Shown here in pieces: positions 47,818 to 56,280 of a stretch of DNA of 64,000 nt. A program made the position numbers and the translations under genes. The stretch lies in assembly GCA_963754945.1 (NCBI GenBank), contig CAVWIG010000028.1, positions 64,001-128,000 on the forward strand, given 5' to 3'. The notes under the pieces are model-generated. The model worked only from the letters and a program-made list of their open reading frames with translations. It did not search any database and was not told the DNA's origin. The stretch is from Methanotrichaceae archaeon. Lineage in GTDB: Archaea > Halobacteriota > Methanosarcinia > Methanotrichales > Methanotrichaceae. How positions within the stretch are numbered: position 1 is the stretch's first letter; each line of letters starts with the position of its first letter.

Positions 47818-50568
47818 TTATGTCCCCGCCCTCATCGCTTCTGCCCCAACCTTCAGCGCGTCATCCAGTTTACCCACATCCGGCCCACCTCCTTGCGCCA
47901 GTTCAGCCCTTCCTCCGCCTCCTCCACCTAGCACCTTTGCCGCAGACCTGATCATATTCCCGGCCTTGATCCCCCGCTCAAGCCCTGACTTGCCAACCGC
48001 CGCCACTAGCTTGCCGGTATCACTGCCCAGAAGGACAACATAATCCTGCTCCGCCAGCAAAGTGGCCGCCTTGATGAGGGCATCGATATCAGCGCCTCCC
48101 ATCTTTTGGACAACCACCTTCAAGCCGTCCATCGATTTTGCATCGGACGCCAGCGACTTCAACTGAACCCTGGCCAGATCCTCTTTCAACCGCTCGATCT
48201 CCTTTTGCTGGCCCTTCCACTCCTCGAAGAACCTGCTGGCTGACTTCGGAAGCTGCTCGGATGGCACTCGTAAAACACCCGCAGACTCCGTAAGCAGATC
48301 ATCCCTTGCCTGGCTGGCCCGAACGGCGGCCTCGCCTGCTGCAAACTCGATACGTTCAACGCCATCCTGGATACGCTCGGTGTGCAGGATCTTGATCGCT
48401 CCGATCATGCCGGTGTTGGTGACATGCGTTCCAGCGCACGCCTCGATGTCCGAGCCCACCCTCACGACCCGGATCTCGTTGCCCGGCGGGACGCCTCCCT
48501 GGTAGAGCTCGAAACCGAATATCTTCTCGGCCTCGGAACGAGGCAGGAACTGAGTGTCCACAGGTATGACCTCCATAACCCTGCGGTTGGCCTCTAGCTC
48601 GATGGCCTTCAGCTCCTGTTCTGTGATGCGCTTGAAGTGCGATAGGTCCAGACGGGCTCGGTCCTCGCTCTTCTGGGCACCGGCCTGCCAAATGTGCTTG
48701 CCTAAGACCCGTTTGGCCGAATCGTGGACCAGGTGAGTTGCCGTGTGGTGCCTGGCGTGGGCCAGACGCCTCTGCATGTCTACCCTGCCGGTTACACGGT
48801 CGCCTGGATTCAGCCCTCCGGCTGCCTTCACCAACTCAATCTCAAGCTTGTGAACAACTATGTCCCCGACCTTCTGGACATCTACAACTTGGAAGGTTAC
48901 GCCGCCTTTCTCCAGAGTTCCGTGGTCGGCCGGCTGGCCTCCGCCCTCCGGATAGAGCAGGGTCTTGTCCAGTATTATCGAGCCGTCCTCCAGGACGGTC
49001 TGCACCTTTGCCTCGAAGACCTGGTCAAAGGGATGGTCGTAGAACATAAGCTCTGTCTTCTCTCCGGGTATGGCAACCTGAGTGGTCTCCTCCTTCTCGG
49101 ACTTGAGATGAGTTGATGCAACCAGTGAATAGAAGTTGTCCGGCAGTTCGACTGAAGCTCCAATCTCCTCTGCCGATTCCCTGGTGATCTCTGGGGGTAT
49201 CCCGTGAGTATCGTAAAGGGAGATCATCTCCTTCAGAGGTATAGGTTGACCCAGCTTTGCGAAATGCTGGGCGGTCTTCTTGACCAGCTTCCTTCCCTTC
49301 TCAAGGGTCTCGGCGTACTTCTGCTCCTCTTGGCCCAGGATCTCGGAGATGGTCTGGAACCTTTCCTTCCAGTCGGGATAGTCGAGCCTGGAAATCTGCA
49401 TCTCGACCAGATCGGACAGCGGCATTCCGATCCCCAGATCCTTCATCTGTCGAAGTGTCCTTCTTATGACAAGCCTTGCGAGGTAACCAGCCTTGACGTT
49501 GGATGGGATTATCCCGTCGCCAAGCATGAAAGCCAGACACCTAGTGTGGTCCACAACAGCATAGACCCTCTCCATGGGAGCAATGATGCGCTCCAGCTTC
49601 TCGGGGGGTATTCCGATATTCCTGGCGATCTTCTCCCGGATCTCCTTCATGCTTGAATTGTCCAGGTCCACCATTCCCGCGAGCCTGGCATTCTGGGCGA
49701 AGATCTCGGCGTACTCCGGGTCCAACAGGTTATGCTCGACCCCAGCGAGGTCGGCTACCTTCCTCACGAGGTCCGGGAATATGGCGTCGTAGATGGTGGG
49801 CGTGCCCTTGGATGCCCAGACGAACCTCTCAAGGCCGTAGCCTGTGTCGACGATGTAGTTGTCCATCTTGCTGTAGCTCTCGCCCTTGATCTGGACGGGA
49901 CCTCCCGGAGTGACCTTCAGGTCCATGAAGACAAGCGTGGCCAGTTCGAGGCCAGCCACCATGCATTCAACGCTCGGGCCGGCGTTGCCACCGCCTGCCC
50001 AGGGGTTCTCTTTGTAGGTGACTGCCAATGGGTCCATTCCCAGGCCCAAAAACAGGTCGTCGCAGAGCTGGACAGTTCGGTCCTTCCAGTAGATCTCCCT
50101 CGACCTGGTGTTAAATACGTGGTGGGCCATCATCTCAAAGGTGGTGAGGTGCCGGCCACTTCGGCCCACGGAATCCAGATCGTCAAGCCTGATGCATGGC
50201 TGGCTGATAGTCAGGGGATTGGCCGGAGGTGGAACCTGACCGGAGGTCACAAAGGGCTGGAAGTCAGCGATCGATGCAATCGTGAGATAGATGTCGTCTC
50301 GCCACCGGGCTATTACCGGATACCTGGATATGCGCGTGTGGCCTCTGGCCTCGAAGTAGCTCAGGTAGTGCTCACGCATCTCGTCAAGGCTGTGCTCACG
50401 CTTGAACACGGGAGCGCCTATGAACGTGTAAGGATCGCAGGGTGGGTCGCCACAGGTCTTTCTGGCCGCATCTCTGGTCCAGAAGAACTTGCCGCAGCTT
50501 GGGCATTTCCGACGTTCGAACCCTCCGTCTGCGAAGAAATCCAATCGATACTCATCTTCGGAGAACAT
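47818..50568 (-). CDS. alaS: Alanine-tRNA ligase (archaeal type)
   Basis: ASIADFQP, QPCIR, DTGYGLER, DHTR, HTATH, EACAGTH, GGGGG. Confidence 0.97.
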   Translation of the reverse strand: MFSEDEYRLDFFADGGFERRKCPSCGKFFWTRDAARKTCGDPPCDPYTFIGAPVFKREHSLDEMREHYLSYFEARGHTRISRYPVIARWRDDIYLTIASIADFQPFVTSGQVPPPANPLTISQPCIRLDDLDSVGRSGRHLTTFEMMAHHVFNTRSREIYWKDRTVQLCDDLFLGLGMDPLAVTYKENPWAGGGNAGPSVECMVAGLELATLVFMDLKVTPGGPVQIKGESYSKMDNYIVDTGYGLERFVWASKGTPTIYDAIFPDLVRKVADLAGVEHNLLDPEYAEIFAQNARLAGMVDLDNSSMKEIREKIARNIGIPPEKLERIIAPMERVYAVVDHTRCLAFMLGDGIIPSNVKAGYLARLVIRRTLRQMKDLGIGMPLSDLVEMQISRLDYPDWKERFQTISEILGQEEQKYAETLEKGRKLVKKTAQHFAKLGQPIPLKEMISLYDTHGIPPEITRESAEEIGASVELPDNFYSLVASTHLKSEKEETTQVAIPGEKTELMFYDHPFDQVFEAKVQTVLEDGSIILDKTLLYPEGGGQPADHGTLEKGGVTFQVVDVQKVGDIVVHKLEIELVKAAGGLNPGDRVTGRVDMQRRLAHARHHTATHLVHDSAKRVLGKHIWQAGAQKSEDRARLDLSHFKRITEQELKAIELEANRRVMEVIPVDTQFLPRSEAEKIFGFELYQGGVPPGNEIRVVRVGSDIEACAGTHVTNTGMIGAIKILHTERIQDGVERIEFAAGEAAVRASQARDDLLTESAGVLRVPSEQLPKSASRFFEEWKGQQKEIERLKEDLARVQLKSLASDAKSMDGLKVVVQKMGGADIDALIKAATLLAEQDYVVLLGSDTGKLVAAVGKSGLERGIKAGNMIRSAAKVLGGGGGGRAELAQGGGPDVGKLDDALKVGAEAMRAGT

Positions 50569-50783
50569 CTTGATCAGCGGATTGGGAAGGATACAACAAC
50601 GCTAAAAGGCTTTCTCAGGAACAGTCACTCAGAATGTCAACTCCGGATTATCTTGTCCAAGGGGTCTAACAGGCTGAAAATCAAAACAGATCCTAAGAAA
50701 AGAATGATCTGGTAAAGAATCAGTCTTACGGAAGGAATGCGTGAATGGCCTGACGCTGAAAGCCCGGCCATCCCAGCAATCCC

Positions 50784-51401
50784 TTAGTTAACGCGTATGA
50801 CCTTCAGCAGCGAAACCACTGGCACCCCTGCGATCTCGTCAGTTCCCTTCTTGTCTATCAGCACAGCGATGGCGTTAATCTTGGCCCCGTGCTCGTCCAG
50901 GTACTCGACTGTCTCCTCCAGCGTGTGGCCTGAGGTTACCACGTCATCGATAATTACGCACTCCTTGTCATTGACGTCAGAGAAGTTTGCGCTCAGGTTG
51001 CCTCGCAGTTTCTTACCCTCTTGGGACAGCATCTGCTTGGACGGGGTGTAAACAGCCAGCTCGGCGGACAGATCATTGGCAACCATGCTTGCCAGGGGAA
51101 GACCGCTCAGAGCTATTCCAACTACTACATCCACACCGGAATCGCTTGATATAAGGCTCTCGTCAATGATGTCCGAAAGTGCCTGGGAGACGTGGCTCAA
51201 TCTATAGGCGGACTTGCCTATCATCGACCAGTCAACTGAGATGTCCTTAGGTCCCTGGCCGGTTCCCGTCGTTTCTGCATGGGTCAGCAGCCAGGTTACA
51301 GTCTCACTTGAGACGTTCAGCTCTTCCGAGATCTGGCCCTCCACCAGCCCCTCAGATTTCAGTTCGGTAGCCTTCTTAATCAATGTCTCAATGTTATTCA
51401 T
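50784..51401 (-). CDS. PyrE-like phosphoribosyltransferase with N-terminal HTH (GfcR-type)
   Basis: ISEELNVS.ET..WLL, PKDISVDWS, IIDDVVTSG. Confidence 0.85.
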   Translation of the reverse strand: MNNIETLIKKATELKSEGLVEGQISEELNVSSETVTWLLTHAETTGTGQGPKDISVDWSMIGKSAYRLSHVSQALSDIIDESLISSDSGVDVVVGIALSGLPLASMVANDLSAELAVYTPSKQMLSQEGKKLRGNLSANFSDVNDKECVIIDDVVTSGHTLEETVEYLDEHGAKINAIAVLIDKKGTDEIAGVPVVSLLKVIRVN

Positions 51402-51859
51402 TTTATCCTCCTCTTTTTCTTTCTGAAGGGAGTTCCGCAATCGGGGCAGGCCTCGCCTTCAAAGGTCGCGCCACACCCAAAGCACCTCAAAGTGTGCTTA
51501 ATCCTCTTCTTGATCAAAGGCTGCCCAATTGGCTCGATTGGGATTCCCAAGAAAAGCGCAACGTTCTGCACAGCATAGTCGTCCGTCGCAAGCCTCGCCT
51601 GGTACTCCAGTGCCTTGGCCAGGACCTCCAGGTCGGCCTGGGAGAGGACACGGATGTCGCCCGTCTCCTCGGCCGCTTTCGTGGCCCTCTTGAGGCTATC
51701 AGCGGTGGGGCTCTCCACTCGGGCCCCGCTGATCTGAAGAAGCAACCTCGAGCGGATGTCCTTTAACTCGCGCTCGACTGCAGGAACGGTGATCAGCTCT
51801 CCTTCCAGCCTCTTGCCCAGGATGAAGACAGACGAATCGACGACGATGCACGCACACAT
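51398..51859 (-). CDS. nob1: Nob1-like PIN/Zn-ribbon endonuclease
   Basis: VVDSS, LSQAD, TDDYAVQN, C.GC...CPDCG. Confidence 0.88.
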   Translation of the reverse strand: MCACIVVDSSVFILGKRLEGELITVPAVERELKDIRSRLLLQISGARVESPTADSLKRATKAAEETGDIRVLSQADLEVLAKALEYQARLATDDYAVQNVALFLGIPIEPIGQPLIKKRIKHTLRCFGCGATFEGEACPDCGTPFRKKKRRIK

Positions 51860-51941
51860 CCAGGGGTTCTTGGAAGTTATACTACTTGGATTTTTGCCCG
51901 GACCAAAACGCTATTATCATATGATGCTCTCGTGGAGTGGG

Positions 51942-52352
51942 ATGGCCAAGAACAGGAAAAAAGGCGGCAAATCCAAAGAAGACCAACAGATAGAGGAAAA
52001 GGGCAACAATGCCCCCCAGAACACTGCAATCAAGAGTCCAATGCCCAAGGCCAGGCCAAAGACGCCAGCAGAACGAAGGAAAATCCAGATTGACGGCATA
52101 AAGAAGACCGTTTACCCATCAATTCTCGGTGCGGCTGCAGGCTTTGCCTGCTTCTACAGCCCGAGCTTAATAAACCAGCTTCCGTGGCATTTCGTGTTGC
52201 TGATGGTCATAGGGGCAACCTATTTTGTTCAGAAGATGACGTATCCTTTCTTGGGGATAGACGCCGCCGATTTCAAAGGTAAGGACTGGTTTTATGTCGA
52301 GTTTATTGTGATCGACCTTTGGCTTGTTTCCTGGACAATGCTTCTGAACTAG
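51942..52352 (+). CDS. Small membrane protein upstream of RLI (archaeal EMC6-like)
   Basis: Three helices; C-terminal KDWFY......W..SWT.LLN. Confidence 0.7.
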   Translation: MAKNRKKGGKSKEDQQIEEKGNNAPQNTAIKSPMPKARPKTPAERRKIQIDGIKKTVYPSILGAAAGFACFYSPSLINQLPWHFVLLMVIGATYFVQKMTYPFLGIDAADFKGKDWFYVEFIVIDLWLVSWTMLLN

Positions 52353-52371
52353 GAGCTCAAAGGAGTCGGCC

Positions 52372-54132
52372 ATGAGAATAGCGGTAATAAATAGAGACAG
52401 ATGCCAGCCTCGGAAGTGTTCCAAGGAGTGCGAATACTTCTGCCCGCCGGTGCGCACAGGGGACGAGACCATAGTCTTCGAGGATAGCAAACCCCTGATA
52501 ACAGAGAGCCTGTGCGTGGGATGCGGGATCTGTGTTCGGAAGTGTCCTTTTGGAGCTATCACCATAACCAACCTTCCCGAGGAGATGGAGGCACCAGTTC
52601 ACAGATATGGCCAGAACGGATTCGCCCTTTACGGTCTGCCCATTCCTATGGAAGGAAAAGTAGCAGGAATCCTCGGACAAAACGGAATCGGAAAATCCAC
52701 CGCCATCTCCATTCTATCCGGAATACTGAAGCCCAACCTGGGCGGGAAAGCCTCATGGGATGAAGTCCTTGAGAGGTTTGCCGGATCTGCACTAGGCGAT
52801 TATCTCAAGAAGGTAGCAGACCAGGGAGTCAAGACCGCTTATAAACCTCAGTACGTGGACCGCATTCCCAAGAGCTACTCCGGCCCCGTCCGCGGACTTC
52901 TCGACCGCACCGACGAACGAGGTGCTCTGGAAGGTCTGGTGGAGACTCTGGGTCTCTCCAGGCTCATGGACAGAGAGATAAGCAGCCTCTCAGGGGGAGA
53001 GCTGCAGCGGGTGGCCATTGCGGCAACGGCAGCGCGCGATGCTGAATTCTACTTCTTCGACGAGATAAGTCCGTATCTGGACATCCATCAGCGCATAAAT
53101 GTGGCCAGGATACTGCAAAATCTGGCCGAAGGAAAGGCGGTCATGGTTGTCGAGCACGATCTCGCCCTCCTTGATCTTCTGGCGGAGAGCGTCCACCTGA
53201 TCTACGGAACGCCCGGTGCCTACGGTGTCATCACCCGGCCGAAAGGAGTCAGGATCGGGATCAATCAGTACTTGAAGGGCAACCTGCCCGAAGAGAACGT
53301 GCGGATAAGGTCCGAGGCTATTAAGTTCGAGGTGCACGCCCCGAGGATTGAGAAGGATGTTCCAACACTGGTGGAGTACGATGCCTTCAGCGTGGAGTAT
53401 CCTTCGTTCACCCTCAAGGCAGAGCCGGGCATCATTCGCAGCGGCGAGGTGGTTGGAATCCTGGGGCCTAACGGCATTGGAAAGTCCACTTACATCAAGA
53501 TCCTCGCCGGAGTGGAGAAGCCAACTACCGGCAACATCGACCTCAAGCTGAAGGTATCCTACAAACCACAGTACTTGAAGGCTGAATCGGACATGACAGT
53601 TCAGAGGCTGCTGAGGGAGACCACCCACGATTTCGACACCAGCTACTACCAGTCGGAGATCCTCCGGCCCATGGGGTTGGAGCCCCTTATGGACCAGAAC
53701 CTGATGGAGCTTTCGGGAGGCGAGCTGCAGCGGGTGGCAATTACGGCCTGCCTGTCGAGGGAAGCCGACATATACCTGCTGGACGAGCCGTCCGCTCACC
53801 TGGACGTAGAGCAGAGGATGCTGGCGGCAAAGGTGATGCGCCGGTTTGCCGAGTCAACGGAGCGATCCGTACTGGTTGTAGACCACGACATCTACCTGAT
53901 AGACCTCCTGTCGGAGAGGCTGATCGTCTTCGAAGGAGAGCCTGGGACCCTAGGAATCGCCTATCCTCCCTACGAGATGCGCGAGGGGATGAACGTCTTT
54001 TTAAAGGGCATCGGGATAACCTTCCGTCGGGACGAGGAGACCCGGAGACCCAGAGTGAACAAGCCTGGTTCCAGGCTGGACAGAGCTCAGCGAGATTCGG
54101 GCGAGTACTACTACCTCATTGAAGAAGCCTGA
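52372..54132 (+). CDS. rli: ABCE1/RLI ribosome recycling ATPase
   Basis: Fe-S cluster cysteines, two ABC domains (GIGKST, LSGGELQR), RPRVNK. Confidence 0.96.
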   Translation: MRIAVINRDRCQPRKCSKECEYFCPPVRTGDETIVFEDSKPLITESLCVGCGICVRKCPFGAITITNLPEEMEAPVHRYGQNGFALYGLPIPMEGKVAGILGQNGIGKSTAISILSGILKPNLGGKASWDEVLERFAGSALGDYLKKVADQGVKTAYKPQYVDRIPKSYSGPVRGLLDRTDERGALEGLVETLGLSRLMDREISSLSGGELQRVAIAATAARDAEFYFFDEISPYLDIHQRINVARILQNLAEGKAVMVVEHDLALLDLLAESVHLIYGTPGAYGVITRPKGVRIGINQYLKGNLPEENVRIRSEAIKFEVHAPRIEKDVPTLVEYDAFSVEYPSFTLKAEPGIIRSGEVVGILGPNGIGKSTYIKILAGVEKPTTGNIDLKLKVSYKPQYLKAESDMTVQRLLRETTHDFDTSYYQSEILRPMGLEPLMDQNLMELSGGELQRVAITACLSREADIYLLDEPSAHLDVEQRMLAAKVMRRFAESTERSVLVVDHDIYLIDLLSERLIVFEGEPGTLGIAYPPYEMREGMNVFLKGIGITFRRDEETRRPRVNKPGSRLDRAQRDSGEYYYLIEEA

Positions 54133-54393
54133 AAGGATCGCCAATAGATTCTGGCGCTCTTCTCTCAAGTTTTCGTCTCTACAAAGAGAGGAGCGGTTCA
54201 TTGCTATTGCTTACATTACATAGCACAGACTGAAACAAAAGAAGCGACAGAATATAATCGGGAAGGTTTTGAAGATCTAAAAACCTAAGAGATTAAAGAT
54301 TTAACAGGGCTCAAAAATCCACCCTGTTTTTGCCTATATTTTTGTATTACAGATTACAACCAAGACTTAGAAAAAGATCTAAGATAGATCTCT

Positions 54394-54564
54394 TTAAAAG
54401 CTTCTTCTGGGTGGCCTGTGCTTCTGGTAGCAATCGCTGCAATACACTGGCCTGGTCCCATCGGGCTGGAAGGGAACCTGGGTCTGCTTGCCACAATCTG
54501 CACAAACTGCATCGTGCATCTCTCTTGGGCCTCTGTTGAAGCCACCACGTCTTTCTCTATCCAT
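54394..54564 (-). CDS. CxxC-x17-CxxC zinc-finger small protein (56 aa), absent from the ORF track
   Basis: MDRERRGGFNRGPREMHDAVCADCGKQTQVPFQPDGTRPVYCSDCYQKHRPPRRSF. Confidence 0.9.
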   Translation of the reverse strand: MDRERRGGFNRGPREMHDAVCADCGKQTQVPFQPDGTRPVYCSDCYQKHRPPRRSF

Positions 54565-54829
54565 GCTAATTCACGTATCCTTTTGGATATATCCTGAGGA
54601 ACGCCCATGGTATATATATTAGTTTGCATTCCTGGCCTCCTCTGTGCAACAATCCCAAAAATGTTTGACCCTCATATTGCAACGTGAATAGTTCTGAGAA
54701 TATCGGCAAGTTATGTCAGCCACAACGTACAATGCCGTGCCTCTCTGTAGGAATATACTTCAGCATTGATTCGTTCCAATTTCGTCAAGCGTTTACCCTA
54801 AATACTTCCTCAGAGAATGTGTGAGTTTC

Positions 54830-54916
54830 AAGCGAAGGGACATTCTATCCCGTTAGACCGTTCGCCATCTGGTCCTCCGTATTAGTCCCTTCGCTTACCG
54901 TCTAACTCCTGATGGC
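54830..54916. ncRNA. Candidate structured RNA element with three crossing helices
   Basis: Complementary pairs 54830-41/54885-96 (12/12), 54852-61/54897-906 (9/10), 54864-72/54908-16 (8/9). Confidence 0.4.
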
Positions 54917-55005
54917 TTAGATCTTTCGGTTTGCTCGATTCTTGAACCGTTCAACTATATTCAGCGCTCGGCTGCGAGAAGGTTCTGGAGTAGACATGCC
55001 AATCG

Positions 55006-55016
55006 ATATTTATATG
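55006..55016. promoter_or_regulatory. TATA-like box, possibly bidirectional
   Basis: TATTTATATG about 22 nt before the EndoQ ATG; reads CATATAAATA on the minus strand. Confidence 0.5.
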
Positions 55017-55036
55017 GAACTGCTCATTGGGGACTG

Positions 55037-56233
55037 ATGAAGATAAACGCAGATCTCCACATTCACTCTAAGTATTCAGCAGCGGTATCGCGTGACATGG
55101 ACTTGCCGGATATCGCCAGAGAAGCCAAAAAGAAAGGCGTTGGGATCGTTGGCACCGGAGACTGTCTTCATTTCAAGTGGCTTCAGGGGATAAAGGCCCT
55201 CCCGGAAAGCGATGGCCTCTTTACTCTGGACGGCACACGCTATGTTTTGACAGTAGAGGTCGAAGACTCACACCGGGTTCACCACCTGATAATCCTGCCG
55301 GATGTTGCCAAGGCAATGGAACTCAGAGAGAGGTTTGCTGGAAGGACAACTTCCCTTGACTCCGACGGCCGACCCAAGCTTCATATGAACGGTGCAGAGA
55401 TAGCCGATGTCGTAATCGAGGCTGGCGGCCTGATCGGTCCCAGCCATGCCTTTACACCCTGGACAGGAATGTACGCAGCATACCGATCGCTTAGAGAGTG
55501 CTACCAGGAGCACGCCGACAGAGTCACGTACATCGAGCTTGGTCTCTCGGCAGACACAGACTACGCGGATAGAATTGCTGAGCTTTCCACAAAGACTTTT
55601 CTTTCAAACTCGGACGCTCACTCCCCCAGGTCCAATAAGCTTGCCAGGGAGTTCAATCAGCTCGAAATACAGAACCTGAGCTATGAGGACCTCCGCGATG
55701 CCCTAACCAGGGAGAAAGGAAGGCGTGTCACATTGAACGTCGGGTTCTATCCCGAAGAGGGCAAGTACAACCGAACAGCATGCACCAGATGCTACCGGCA
55801 GTACACGGCTGATAAGATGGATGAGCTGCAGGGCAGGTGTCCAGAATGCAGTGGCCAGATAAAGCTAGGGGTAAGGGATAGGGTAGAATCCCTGGCCGAT
55901 TTTGCGGAGCCTGTGCACCCGGACCATCGTCCGCCTTATCTCCACCTCATACCTCTGGCGGAGATCATCGCCATGGCTCTCGGCATCAAGAGTGCCCTGG
56001 CCGTTGGCGTGCAGCGACGCTGGAATGAGCTCGTTGAGGGCAGAACGGAGATAGAGGTGCTGATGCAGGCCGAACTCTCCGAGCTGGAGGCTGAGCCCAA
56101 GGTGATCGAGGCAATCGAGGCATTTCGGACTGGAAAGGTGATAGTCAAACCAGGAGGCGGAGGGAAGTACGGAGAGGTAACGCTTCCTGAGCAATCCCAA
56201 AGTCGAGAGCAGAAGTGCCTGTTCGACTTTTGA
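55037..56233 (+). CDS. Endonuclease Q family PHP nuclease (TIGR00375-like)
   Basis: DLHIHSKYS, GTGD, HAFTPW, ELGLSAD, SNSDAHS, GKY...C..C, GGGGKYG. Confidence 0.88.
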   Translation: MKINADLHIHSKYSAAVSRDMDLPDIAREAKKKGVGIVGTGDCLHFKWLQGIKALPESDGLFTLDGTRYVLTVEVEDSHRVHHLIILPDVAKAMELRERFAGRTTSLDSDGRPKLHMNGAEIADVVIEAGGLIGPSHAFTPWTGMYAAYRSLRECYQEHADRVTYIELGLSADTDYADRIAELSTKTFLSNSDAHSPRSNKLAREFNQLEIQNLSYEDLRDALTREKGRRVTLNVGFYPEEGKYNRTACTRCYRQYTADKMDELQGRCPECSGQIKLGVRDRVESLADFAEPVHPDHRPPYLHLIPLAEIIAMALGIKSALAVGVQRRWNELVEGRTEIEVLMQAELSELEAEPKVIEAIEAFRTGKVIVKPGGGGKYGEVTLPEQSQSREQKCLFDF

Positions 56234-56280
56234 TGGCACAGATCCTATCTGATTTGACCGATGAATCCTTTTGACTTTTT

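Noticed and set aside
49732-50715. 327-aa plus-strand ORF
   Set aside because: Antisense shadow of alaS
54354-54629. 91-aa minus-strand ORF with a GGAGG upstream
   Set aside because: It overlaps, in another frame, a clear CxxC-x17-CxxC gene and has no recognisable features; probably a shadow, though dual coding is not formally excluded
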